Origin: Diplonema japonicum
Taxonomy: Eukaryota > Protista > Euglenozoa: Diplonemea
DNA: 64,000 nucleotides
Reading direction: 5' to 3'
Assembly (NCBI GenBank): GCA_964019335.1
Contig: OZ025665.1
Coordinates: forward strand, 496,001-560,000
The position numbers and the translations under genes were made by a program. This document shows positions 51,201 through 61,022 of this stretch, one piece after another. A model generated the notes under the pieces. That model had not been told where the DNA came from. It saw only the letters and a list, made by a program, of their open reading frames with translations, and did no database searches. Each line of letters begins with the position of its first letter. Position 1 is the first letter of the stretch.

Positions 51201-52474
51201 ACACGGAGACAAATGGTGAGGTCTTTGTTAGGATAGTGCACGCCCTGCCCATAGCGGTAGATCGATGGATATTGAATCTGCCCATAGTCTGTGCTGTCAA
51301 ACTTAACGCACGGGGCCCTTCCTGTAGCGCACTCCGACGACGTCTTGATCTGAACGCCGCTGTTGTAGTACACAGGCTTGTTCGAGAGCATCCCGTCGTT
51401 GTCCGTCTGGTACTGGCCTGTCCCTGGGTCTTCGAAGGTTGTGCTGAACACAAGGTCAGAGGCAGGCAAGGAAACAGAGGAGGTGCAGGATCCTTGAAAC
51501 GGCGTTGGGGCCACTTTGGCCCGTTGGCAAACGAAGCCGCGTGCGTCATTGTCACCTGATTCCCACCATTTATTTGTTGTTTGCGTCTTATAACGTGCCC
51601 TGTCGTGGCTGTCGCTGATGCCACTGGCCCAGTGGGTGTCCGACTCAACAGGGAACCCGTCGCCGGCCGACCACAACCATACACGGAAGTCATCGGACCT
51701 GACTTCGTCCAGGATGCCAAGTCCAATATGAGTTTCGTCTTCACCAGCAGCTGTTATAAGGTTCTTGACAGCATCTGCCACAGGGTCCGTCTTGATGGTG
51801 ACGGGGTGAGCTTTGTAGGCATCGCAGTAATCGTCAGCACACCTTCCGTACATGTCGAGGTTGAAGAACTTCATTTCCAGTTCAGCGTTGAGGTTGGTCC
51901 AGCCGGTGGTGGGAAGCGGACGTTCGCAGAAGAAATCTTCAGAAGTAGTGCAGCTCTGATACTCCCACTCCCAGTCGTTGTTATCGGCAAAGATACACTC
52001 CCCCGAGCTGTACCCAGGGCTTGAGTCCCAGAATTCGAACGAACTTGCTGGTGTTGTGCACGATGTGCATGAAGATGTGCAGACAGATGTCACGTCGCAG
52101 AGAGTGCTGCCATCCGACGTCCAGCGGCCTACCCAGTAGTCTGCGTTGCCGAATTGGTCGAAGAACTCTATCATATCCTGGCCAGTTGGTCTCGCAAGGT
52201 GTGCACTTTGCTTAGCGCATTCCTCTTGTGCTGTCCAATACCTTTCACCAGAGCTGTAGTACCGGTACTCCTTCCCGTTAAATGGCCACCACGAATCGGA
52301 AATCTTTCCGCTGTAGTAGTCAAAACAGGTGTAGCACGTGTCGTCCTTCGATCTACACCCGTTCCTGTTGCACTTGCTGCTACTATCACCGTATCCACCG
52401 CACCTGTTCTCTGCCGATTCCACAGACACGAAACACAACACACATAAAATCGAAAATAAGGTGAGACCCCCCAT
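48227..52474 (-). CDS. Surface protein paralog 4 (lectin/LamG/mucin/7TM), most divergent ectodomain, extra TPAPA/TPAPL pentapeptide repeats
   Basis: Same architecture. 49281-50413 looks identical to 43341-44473. Confidence 0.9.
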   Translation of the reverse strand: MGGLTLFSILCVLCFVSVESAENRCGGYGDSSSKCNRNGCRSKDDTCYTCFDYYSGKISDSWWPFNGKEYRYYSSGERYWTAQEECAKQSAHLARPTGQDMIEFFDQFGNADYWVGRWTSDGSTLCDVTSVCTSSCTSCTTPASSFEFWDSSPGYSSGECIFADNNDWEWEYQSCTTSEDFFCERPLPTTGWTNLNAELEMKFFNLDMYGRCADDYCDAYKAHPVTIKTDPVADAVKNLITAAGEDETHIGLGILDEVRSDDFRVWLWSAGDGFPVESDTHWASGISDSHDRARYKTQTTNKWWESGDNDARGFVCQRAKVAPTPFQGSCTSSVSLPASDLVFSTTFEDPGTGQYQTDNDGMLSNKPVYYNSGVQIKTSSECATGRAPCVKFDSTDYGQIQYPSIYRYGQGVHYPNKDLTICLRVMKTSSTSPTGNLFGVANHIPSTETKGFGYNVELSGGKMLWHGSGSMPISNGNGGTEGTYRGVELPASSFTANTWHFFCFTHSTVEMKMYKDGVEVGTQVGASDPYPTSFAVNALSPSRGLVLSGADSLGEEKASEVLIDDLSIWKKVLTTAQMQRLQDGCTETGAPPTPVPATPAPATPAPFTPAPLTPAPATPAPPTPAPATPAPLTPAPTTPAPLTPAPATPAPPTSAPDTIPPITLAPPVATLTATPTAAPATDTPPTGAPSTMAPPTAVPTPAPDTNPPSTAAPPTAAPTSAPATDAPPTGAPPTGIPGIPPTPAPPTATPTSAPATDAPATEAPATGIPGVPPTPAPPTAEPTSAPSTGSPPTATPPTAEPTPAPDTDPPSTATPTAIIPTAVPTRAPPTGMPPTLAPLTATPTAEPTAIPTQAPSTLMPTAVPTRAPFSTRTPTAVPTQPPRTTPPSTSAPGTFAPLTSSPTTRTPTKSPPTSAPGTEPPKTSVPKTSSPGTVLIEPQGQKDLRTSTAAANPAGGARLAVVAGFDCEVEDIDVGTEPLDWEYHPLGFGIGSSPHKYFLGAIVSNIGIITAFFLLNYLLAVVLVMLGLKYDDAIFYVRAPGLVSIPMLWLLMGTSIAAANLTFFPSNGSELAIAGVVVLCLCVSIPVLLWIIILRPGRFQGTTIPDPKINKHAACRVKELERVEQKDSTTFEMSEEVVYTGWRRTVYILVYGREVWVRKEGGPDFFVEQYGLFFEQYREGFHWFSIVEILQIVLLSLCSVWKPYEAGACSVRNIFICIVLFLFFLAVILLRPHNSLLDKIFASCISGTMFFAVLFMTLAIGTGGSKTLMDMAATLLLVSALLMMVKGVYDILLYLLDLWLGRRKTALVAARRGKMEGLDRSTAELPEIDIIPLTQVTEQELTTWGGANHPEPTSPFTLDSSIRSSRSLKTTRKYFGCSRESSGAGGLDITPLIEFLGAKPSRSPKRSHSARLISI

Positions 52475-52555
52475 CTCACCTACGGTGTGTCTAATTTAAA
52501 AAGCAAAGAAACAAAATGTAGTAGTGAATACAGCTGTCTATATCTAACAAGTCTA

Positions 52556-54898
52556 TTAACGAGAGGCAAGCCTGGCGGAGGGGGAGTCGGAGAACATCGA
52601 CGCAAGGCTCTTCCCATGTGTCTGAACCAGCGAAGCGCTGGGGAGGTCCATGAGGACTAGAAAAATCTTCTCCAGCTTGTCGACTGTGGCCAAGGCCTGG
52701 GGGGACTCGATGCCCTCATAGCACTCAAGAGACCTGTTTTTACTAAAGGGTTGTGTTATGACATACGCTCTGAGGAATGGTACTGCAACACCGTGGTTGT
52801 GCGCACTGTAGCCAATCAAATCCGCAACACTGCTGCAGTAGTACGCGCACTGCTCTAATCTGCACTCTCTCTTATTTGCTACGAACAGAATGTGGAAGTA
52901 GGGGACAATGGTGAGGATGCCCCGTAAATGAGATGACAGCAGCTGATGAAGGCGGTACCCAAGGCTACCTGGATGGTCGGAGAGACCGAAGTCAGGAGGG
53001 AAGCGAACATCAGACCCCACGCCTGCACCCGCCTGCTGCTCGAGATCTCTGAAGTACTCCTCGTAGTCGTCCCAGCCCTGCCCAGGTGTGATGTGCGACA
53101 CCTCCAGCGGCGGTGCTGTTGGTGCGCATGGTATCGAAAGCTGGAAGTAGTAGTGCACGAGCGTCCATGCGTTCTGCGAAACAAGGTCGACGTCGCTAGG
53201 TGTCACCGACTCACCGAAAGGCAATGCCGCGAACGCCTTTGCGATCTCTGTGGCCTTGAGCCAGTTGGGGGACAAGTTCTGTTCTGAACTTGTCTCGAGA
53301 GGGGTGAAGACCTGCTGCCAGGCATTTGCGTTGATAATCGAGATAAGCGCATCATGGATGCCTCTAAAGATGTTTTGTATAGGGACCGCAACAGCCGCCC
53401 GCTTCACTGTGTCATCTGTCGAACAGCGTGAGATCTCCAAATGCGTCGTAAACAGTGAATGCAAAAAGCTTGCGATGCACATCTCCAGCGGTGGTCTCGA
53501 CCCAGTCAGTACGGTTTCTCCCTTCAGACCCGTGAAGGCCATGTAAAGTACAGGGATATGCGATATCTCAAGAAGGCGCAACAGCGGGTACCCAGCGGGT
53601 GAACCCTGCTCGTCCACAGATAGATTCTCATCGAAGGGCTGCAACACATCCAACGAGCCCTGTGGATGGTATGATAAGAAGGCCTTGTCGATGGCAATGA
53701 CATGGAGACACGCCTTGAGGAGCTGCAACATAGATAGGTGGCACGTCTCCGCACTGTCAAGATGCTCGCACTGCTCGCTGAAGTCTTTTATAGTGTGGAA
53801 GAGGCAGGACACAGTAGCCTTCCATAATGGGATGAGGGGGGAGGTGTCCTGAATGCCGTACATGTTGTGTATCGAAGTCAGGAGAGTGACGAGAATCCAG
53901 TGAAGGGTTCCGCAGACGAATCGAAGCTGCTGGTTGAGGACCCTGGAGACAATGGGCCTGTCGACAGTGGCGAGCGATGGGGAGAGGGGCAGCAGGCCTT
54001 TCAGGACCGTCATGCGGTGGAGGAGGGTCGCGCATTGTATGTCGGCAGCGTTCCTGTCAAAGGACCATGACACAGACTCCGTGGTAGAGTAGTCCCCAGG
54101 GGGGATCAGTCCGGTGTCCTCGTCTACGAGGAAAGACAGCACCTTGCGGGGGTTTACCTTCGGCTCAGCGGAGCCCCGCCGTGCCTTGGGCTGCATGCAC
54201 AACGGCACAGAATACAGCCCCTCCAGTGACCTGTTCAGCCAGAATACGCTCTGCTCTAACAGTTCGTAGACGTAGGCCACCTGCAGCATCCTGTCATCTT
54301 CTACTCGTGTATACCTCAGCAGCTGCGAGAAGTATGCTGTGTCAACGAGGTTCAGGCATTCCAACGACAGCCAGATGTAGGCGTCCTCAGAGGAGAGAGT
54401 GGTCCCAACCCGTATCTCCCTTGGGGGCGTGCCAAAGATCTCGATATTTTCGGTTTTATGCGATTTAAACTTTGCCACACACACATGGAGGAGGAATGGA
54501 ACGTAAGGAGCGACCTGCTGGTGGGTGTCTGGGGTGTGAGGGAGCTTGGTGGCAAGGCTGTAAAGCATGGCAGTGACGCGTGCTTCGACCTCGTGTATCA
54601 AGGGCGTCGGGTGGGTGTTGTTGCACCGGACAAGGAACTCCAGAAACCCCCCCAACATCGTGACAGCCGCGCTTGCCCCTTCGGGGAACACCCCACTTTC
54701 CACAACAACGATCTCCAGCAGACCCCAGATCAACGTTACCGTGTTCACCACCCCCGAGTCAAGGGGCGTGTCCCCCAGCAGCATGTTCAGCAACTGTGTG
54801 GTCTCGTAGTGCACCAACGTCCCCGTGTCGCTGCTCATTTCCAGCATGTGCCGCCAGTTTCTTTGCGCCCTTTGCCGGGCGGCATCTAATTTGTGCAT
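52556..54898 (-). CDS. Hypothetical protein, Leu-rich, probably alpha-helical
   Basis: 780-aa ATG ORF with coding-like composition. No motif recognised. Confidence 0.75.
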   Translation of the reverse strand: MHKLDAARQRAQRNWRHMLEMSSDTGTLVHYETTQLLNMLLGDTPLDSGVVNTVTLIWGLLEIVVVESGVFPEGASAAVTMLGGFLEFLVRCNNTHPTPLIHEVEARVTAMLYSLATKLPHTPDTHQQVAPYVPFLLHVCVAKFKSHKTENIEIFGTPPREIRVGTTLSSEDAYIWLSLECLNLVDTAYFSQLLRYTRVEDDRMLQVAYVYELLEQSVFWLNRSLEGLYSVPLCMQPKARRGSAEPKVNPRKVLSFLVDEDTGLIPPGDYSTTESVSWSFDRNAADIQCATLLHRMTVLKGLLPLSPSLATVDRPIVSRVLNQQLRFVCGTLHWILVTLLTSIHNMYGIQDTSPLIPLWKATVSCLFHTIKDFSEQCEHLDSAETCHLSMLQLLKACLHVIAIDKAFLSYHPQGSLDVLQPFDENLSVDEQGSPAGYPLLRLLEISHIPVLYMAFTGLKGETVLTGSRPPLEMCIASFLHSLFTTHLEISRCSTDDTVKRAAVAVPIQNIFRGIHDALISIINANAWQQVFTPLETSSEQNLSPNWLKATEIAKAFAALPFGESVTPSDVDLVSQNAWTLVHYYFQLSIPCAPTAPPLEVSHITPGQGWDDYEEYFRDLEQQAGAGVGSDVRFPPDFGLSDHPGSLGYRLHQLLSSHLRGILTIVPYFHILFVANKRECRLEQCAYYCSSVADLIGYSAHNHGVAVPFLRAYVITQPFSKNRSLECYEGIESPQALATVDKLEKIFLVLMDLPSASLVQTHGKSLASMFSDSPSARLASR

Positions 54899-55026
54899 TT
54901 TTTGTTTCCCTTTTTTTCTTCTTCTTCTACACCCCTATTCTATTTATACTTACACCGTTTTATGGAACTTTCTATCCCGAAAAAAAAAGGGGGGAAGTGT
55001 AAACGTTGGATTGCATGGCTTCTCTT

Positions 55027-55950
55027 CTATGCGTCGATGAGTTTGGGCAATGCAAGGACACCCATGGCGGGGGGAAGCCTGGCTGCTATTTTCTCGATCA
55101 CGGCCTGCCTCGACTCGGACACATTGTCAGACTGGCTACCAGGAAGGTGTTCTTCCATTCTACGCCGGAAGAGCGTGCGGTAGCTGGAGTAGACCTTTGA
55201 GGCATGCTCTTGGTGCTCAGAAGGTACGTCAGCAGGGTCAAGCACGAAGCTGGGGTGGAAGGCTAAGGTGGTGGAGAGGAACGCAGCAAGAGCAAGACGC
55301 TTATTAAGATCAGGGATGGCAATAGGTTCCTCTAAGGGGAAGTCAGTAAGAAGGTGCTCAGTAGGAGTTTCAGGGGCTTCCCATGAGTCAACTACTGGAG
55401 CGAGATGTTGCGTGCTAAGGAGTGCCAACACATCGCCATGGGTGTCAGCGGCCTTCCTTATCACGTTCAGCGTGACCGAATGGCGTTCTTCCCACAGCTC
55501 CGGGATTTTCTTGGAGATGTTGAGTTCCTTGTCGTCGGCTTCGCTCAAAGAGTCTATCAGTTCCAAGAGCTCCACAAGAAGCCTTTTTCCATCTGCTCTG
55601 TGGAGGTACCTGTTGAATGAAACAGTGTGCAGTCTGTCACAGAATGCCATTTCGCATCCGGTGCCCACACCGGCCACCACCCCGACGAGTTCCCCGCTCC
55701 AACCTCCCCTTATTTCTTCCCTCTCGCATGCTTTTATCACCCTTTCTAACCCGTTTCCATATTCATCTTTGTACGGGATGAACCCACCTGTCTCCACGTG
55801 GCTGTCTGGTGTACAGAAGGACTCCATGAGGATGACCCGTGGCTTGTCCCGCACAATGCACTCGTACACAGCATTGGCGTTCAGGTTTGTATTGTATGCG
55901 ATCGGAATAAACCGGGCAAGGCCGCCTTTCGTTGTGTGCAGGGCTTGCAT
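55027..55950 (-). CDS. TraB/PrgY-like protein (degenerate)
   Basis: The pattern KPRVILMES...E...MAFCDR...R...LWEERH...VLALLSTQHL...W follows TraB-family spacing. Likely start MQALH at 55950. Confidence 0.55.
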   Translation of the reverse strand: MQALHTTKGGLARFIPIAYNTNLNANAVYECIVRDKPRVILMESFCTPDSHVETGGFIPYKDEYGNGLERVIKACEREEIRGGWSGELVGVVAGVGTGCEMAFCDRLHTVSFNRYLHRADGKRLLVELLELIDSLSEADDKELNISKKIPELWEERHSVTLNVIRKAADTHGDVLALLSTQHLAPVVDSWEAPETPTEHLLTDFPLEEPIAIPDLNKRLALAAFLSTTLAFHPSFVLDPADVPSEHQEHASKVYSSYRTLFRRRMEEHLPGSQSDNVSESRQAVIEKIAARLPPAMGVLALPKLIDA

Positions 55951-55987
55951 GGGTGCTTTTCCTTCCTTTTTCTTTTTCTCAATTTGT

Positions 55988-56018
<31 letters not shown>

Positions 56019-56204
56019 GTGTCCTAGCTTTATTTCTCCTCCCCTCCTTCCAACTTGCAAAATAAACGCAAAAATAAAATAACATCAACAAGGGTAAAAA
56101 AAAAAGGGGGGTGGGAGGGGAAACAACGTGGGGGGGGGGGGTTCTAAAAAATGGGCTAAAAAGAAAAAAAATATATCATTTCCTCATGACATAAAACGCG
56201 CCTC

Positions 56205-57532
56205 CTACGGAGCCATGGCTTCACGCTCCCTTTCTATCTCTGAAATGTACTTTTCAAATATTTCAACTCGCGGCAGTGCGGACCCAGAGAGGGACGCGAC
56301 GTGAGGAGCGTCTGTGAAAGGCCGGAAAGTATCGAGCTCCCCGGAGAGGAAGGGAACGCAGAGAAGCCCCGTTCCGGGATGGATGGAGTAAGGCGACTTC
56401 AAAAGATGGTTCCGCTTCGTGGAAACCATGACATCCAGACGGGGGTACGTGTATATATACTCCACCACAATGGGAACCCACTCACAATGACGATTATACT
56501 GGTTAGCGGACTTAATCCTTTTAATACCCTCCCAAGCCTGCTTCTGGCTCAGAGCCCCCGACACGGCCTTGGCAAGGTACTCCTTAACCTTGTCGAGAAC
56601 ACCAACATTGTTTGGAATTCTCGATTTGAACAATGTGAAGATGTCATGCGCGATTTTTTCGTCGGAGAGATTGTTCTGGTTCTCAGGGTTTAGAACAATA
56701 TCTTCAAATGCGGATTTCACAAAAGTGTTGTAAAGAGTTTTGAAGGTGGGGTGGGACCAGTCTGCTGCAAGATCTTTCTCTATTGCGATCTTGGAGTCCT
56801 CGAGTGTTTTTCCCCCCAGGTGCACCTCGATGTACTTGGCAATTGAAGCTCGTTGTTCGTTGGTTAGCTTTCTTGCTGTTTCGTCGGAGACCCAACAATG
56901 GATCCCACGACGGCCGCTGAAGACCCAGAGGAGGTGCTTGAAGCCGAAGTCGTGTGTGAGGATCCTGTTGAGAATTTTCACACCGCTTCTCATAAAGCCC
57001 CAGCAGTCTTCACACATTTTCTTGTCTTTGCAGCACACTCGTATATCGTCGTAGTCGCTAGCATCGATGTCGAATACGAGTTCGCGTTCTGTCGGTTCGA
57101 AGCCGATGGCCTTGTCCTTCAGTTTTGGCTGGTGTGAGTATATAGGACCGATCTCGATACGATCGGGCTCGAAACTTGTGATTCCTTTGCGCAGCTCGTT
57201 GGCGCCGTCGAAGGATTTGTACCTCACCATCAACGGTTTCCCAGTCGGGAGCCCTTCGTCGTCGAGAAGTGTTTTTTGAAAGACGAACTTTTTTTGTGTG
57301 TTTTGTGTGGGGTTTTTTTTTTTTTTTTTATAAATACCTCTCTTCTTTTGAAGACTGATTTCTTCCCGCACCCTAACCATCGCTCCATGAGGTCTACTGG
57401 GTAGTCCATTCTATAATATGCGTCGAGCCTTAGCTGATCGACTTTAAGTGGTAGGGCGGCTTCTTCTTCTTTTTCTTCTTCATGCTGTTGTTCTTGTTGA
57501 GCGCTTGCGGTGGGTTCGTCGTCGACTTCCAT
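56205..57532 (-). CDS. PRI1: DNA primase small (catalytic) subunit, two exons: 57532-57338 and 57287-56205
   Basis: Motifs RELVFDIDASDY, WVFSGRRGIHCWV, YPRLD and HLLKSP. Removing the 50-nt GT-AG intron restores YY...P...RWL...FKRREF. Total 425 aa. Confidence 0.95.
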
Positions 57533-57673
57533 CTTTTTCTTTTATTTTGTTTTTCCCCTTCACCTTTTTTTTTTTTTTTTTTTTGACCAGCTGCCTTTTT
57601 ATTTGTAAAAGAATGGTGGGGGGAGGGAGAAATAGCGGAAGCCATTTTTTTTCCCCCAAACTCTCTCGTTTCA

Positions 57674-59935
57674 CTACTCATCAAGATGTTCTGTCGGTTC
57701 CTCACCGGCCGCCGTTAGGCCCGTGTTGTTGTTGTTGTTGTTGTTGTTTTGGTTTTCCACCGCGGGGTCTTCCGCGTGTTGCTCCTCGTTGTGCTGCTGC
57801 AGCGTGTCTTTCCAGTACCCAAGCACGGACAAGATAGACGTCACAGAGTTGGGTTTTGTCCCGCCGTACTTTACAAACAGCGACAGGCTGTTCAGCGTTT
57901 CCTCAAGCAGCTTCCTCTCATCCAACCAAGCATATGCATAGTCACGGTCTTGGTGCACAATGTGTGGCGGCGGGAAGGACAGGGGCTTCTCCATTTCCAA
58001 CGTTGCTGACGTTCCAGTGATGAGGCTCTCTGCTTGCGAGCAGACATATTGTATGGTTTTCTTCATGTATCGAATTTCGCGGAATTTCGACCGATTTTCT
58101 GTTGCGAGCATTTCAGCTTTCTCTTGAAGCTGGTCGATGAGCCGTGCTTCGAAACTACAGTCGGAGGAGGATAGCCCTGTCGGTGTACCCCCATCGTCAC
58201 ATTCGTCATGTTCACCATCTCGCACCTCTATCCCTAGTTCTTTTCTAATGATCACGCTGACTTCCCCCACCACGATTCGAAACCCTTCTTGAGGGGCGTG
58301 TTTTTTAACAACATCTGCCGTGTTTAAGATGCATTTTAAAATGTTTCGTTTCGAAGCTTTGTCCGGGGATTTGGACAGGATGTGTCCCGGGAGCTTTGTC
58401 AAACAGGCCACGATCGATTTGCAGGTTTCGAGCAGCCTCGCCTTCCACAGCTGGTCGTCCCTCCGCCGGCCTTGTTGGAGAAGCTGGATTTCTTTTTCCT
58501 TGACGGCGAGCTCTTCTTCCTTTTTGACCCATTGTGTCTTGATGTGACGAACGTCTTTTAAAAGCCCGTTGTAGTCGATCTTGAGCTTGTCGAAAAGCTC
58601 GAGGTTTCCCTCGTTTGCCATACGGGCGGAGTCGTACTCCTCTTCGATCTCTTGTGCGAGTACCTCGATCTCCTTGACCCTCGCTGATGAGATGGAGTCG
58701 ACAAGGGCTTTTTCACGCCTGACGCGTTCGCCTAGAACTTGCATGCCGCCAGCGTCCAGAACGTCGTCTGCGGTGAGGGCGGGTGTTACTTTCACTATCA
58801 TCTCGTTCTTCTCCTCGATTTCAGACCGCAGGTTGGTTATGATCGTTCTGAGCTTCGTGTTCTGTTCAGACTCCCGCTTCAGAGCCTCAACATACCGTCG
58901 TTCCAACCTCAGTTTCTGTTTCTTCTTCATGGGGACGGTCACGCTTGGTTTCGGCTGCCTGTAAAACTCATTCAAGACATCGCTCACCTGTTTGTTCGAC
59001 AGCGACAACCCAGCCGACGCCGCCGCTACTGAGATACCAGAACGATAAGCTCCACCGTGTTCTAAGGTTTTTGCAGCGTCAAGTATAGGATTCCTCCCTG
59101 AGATTGTGGGCGAGTCTAGATTGTTGCTTGAGTTGTCATCAGCGTCGGATGAGGCTTGTGTTATGATTTGCTCAGGTGGTTGTGTAGATGTAAGGCGGTA
59201 TTGTGATGGTCTTGATGAGACATCGAACAACAGCCGGACCGCAAGGTCGTGTAGGGACTTGATGGCGTCCTCTAAGGCTTCCGCGCCTTGTTGAGTTTTT
59301 GATGTTTCTTCAGCCTCGATTTTGTATTTTCGGAGGTTTTCAACCCCAACTTCGCCGCGTAGGACCGTGAGTGTTTTTTCCAGGCCTGTGAGAACACCGT
59401 TGGCGATGCTGGTTAAATTGTTTAGAAAGCTTGTGTCGAGGACGGGCTGTTTATCTTCTTGTTGTTGTTGTTGTTGTTGTTGTTGTTGCTGTTGTTGTTG
59501 GTTTGATATGTATTGTGATGATTCTAAATCGTTTTCCGTGTGTTTTTGTAATGCGGCAGTCGCGTGGTCCACCCAGCTTCTCAAGCCTGATGTCATTTTC
59601 GTGTCTAAAGATGTTTCGATGGTTTCGGCTTTTGTCAAGACCGATGGTTCGCATTCGCTGCGAAGGATGTCCCCAAGAGTGGTGTTTTGTTGTTGTTGTT
59701 TTTGTGCGGCGTGGGGTGGTCTCTCTACTAGTTTTGCTCCCAGATTTTTCAAGCGTTCCAGCTCTGCTTTTATCGGTGGGAGCGGTAGGCTCAGATTCTG
59801 TGCTTTTTCGGTTAGATTTCCGTGGCCGTCCTGCAACGCCAGTACCGCGCCCCCGCGCTGGCTTACGTTGTACGCGATCCCCGGAAGTTTCTGGCTGATC
59901 ACCTCCATTCTCTTCAACTCTTTTCCGTTTTGCAT
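57674..59935 (-). CDS. Coiled-coil protein with polyQ and polyN tracts
   Basis: Long ORF with heptads. Likely start MQNGK at 59935. Confidence 0.75.
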   Translation of the reverse strand: MQNGKELKRMEVISQKLPGIAYNVSQRGGAVLALQDGHGNLTEKAQNLSLPLPPIKAELERLKNLGAKLVERPPHAAQKQQQQNTTLGDILRSECEPSVLTKAETIETSLDTKMTSGLRSWVDHATAALQKHTENDLESSQYISNQQQQQQQQQQQQQQEDKQPVLDTSFLNNLTSIANGVLTGLEKTLTVLRGEVGVENLRKYKIEAEETSKTQQGAEALEDAIKSLHDLAVRLLFDVSSRPSQYRLTSTQPPEQIITQASSDADDNSSNNLDSPTISGRNPILDAAKTLEHGGAYRSGISVAAASAGLSLSNKQVSDVLNEFYRQPKPSVTVPMKKKQKLRLERRYVEALKRESEQNTKLRTIITNLRSEIEEKNEMIVKVTPALTADDVLDAGGMQVLGERVRREKALVDSISSARVKEIEVLAQEIEEEYDSARMANEGNLELFDKLKIDYNGLLKDVRHIKTQWVKKEEELAVKEKEIQLLQQGRRRDDQLWKARLLETCKSIVACLTKLPGHILSKSPDKASKRNILKCILNTADVVKKHAPQEGFRIVVGEVSVIIRKELGIEVRDGEHDECDDGGTPTGLSSSDCSFEARLIDQLQEKAEMLATENRSKFREIRYMKKTIQYVCSQAESLITGTSATLEMEKPLSFPPPHIVHQDRDYAYAWLDERKLLEETLNSLSLFVKYGGTKPNSVTSILSVLGYWKDTLQQHNEEQHAEDPAVENQNNNNNNNNTGLTAAGEEPTEHLDE

Positions 59936-61022
59936 TTTTTTCTTCTTTTTTTTTTCTTTTGGTTTTGTGTGCCACAACCAACTGATTTCTTTTTTGCCCC
60001 CCCCCATGATAAAAAAAAAGAAAACAAAAAAGAAAACAAAACAAAAAAAAAAACAAAAAAGAAAGAAAGAAGGCGATACCAGAAGGTTGCATTTTCATTT
60101 TTTTTATACTTCCTTTGTTTTTTTTTGTTTTTGTTTGTGCCGCAGTTTTTTTTTTTTTTTTTTTTTTTTCCTTTTCTTTTCTCCTCTGGAGTCACAAACT
60201 CGGTTTTTTTTTTTTTTTGTTCTACGAAAAAAGAAAAGGGGAAGAAAAGGAGACCAAGCCGAGTGCAACTGAAGACAGAAAAGAAATATATAAAAACGGT
60301 TATCTCTAAATTGTTTGTGGCCAGGTCCACTCCCCCCAAGGGATGTTCAGCAAATCCATAATAAGTTTTAAAGATCTTCGCTGGGGGATCCTTTTTGCAT
60401 AGAACACTTTAGAGACACATGAAGCGAACAACAGAAACGAGGGGGCACGGGAGGACATCCAGGCAGAACAGAAAAAGTAAGCAACATGCCACACATGACT
60501 ACTTCAGGATAAAAGAAAAAGAAAAGAGGGGAGGTGGGAAAGGGAGAGAGGACTGGTCAGTTTTTTTTTTTTTTTTTTTTTTTTTGGTCCTTGGTGTGTA
60601 CGGCCAGGTGGAGAGAGAATGAAAAGGAAATAGTGGCTCTATTTTTTTTTTTTTTTTTGTATCTATGGAATCCTTCTTCTTCATGGGGGGAGGCACACTG
60701 GCCAACGAATGTAGTGGCTTCGGGTTGGTCTTCATCGTGTGAGAAGGCCTTCGTCCCCCTCCCCCCCTTTTTTTTCCCCTGCACTTTTGTTCATCCCTGG
60801 CCAACCATCTAAAATATATTTTACATAACGAAAAATACTCTTTTTTTCTTTTTGAAGGGGAGAAGACTATGACAATTTTGTTATTCGCCTTTTTTTTTTT
60901 TTTTTTTTTTTTTTTTCGTACGAGCAAAAAGAATAAAATGGGGGAGGGGAATCACTATGATAAGGTTAAGTGTTAGTACACGACCTACCCCAGGGGGAAG
61001 CAAAAAAAAAAAAAAACTTCGT

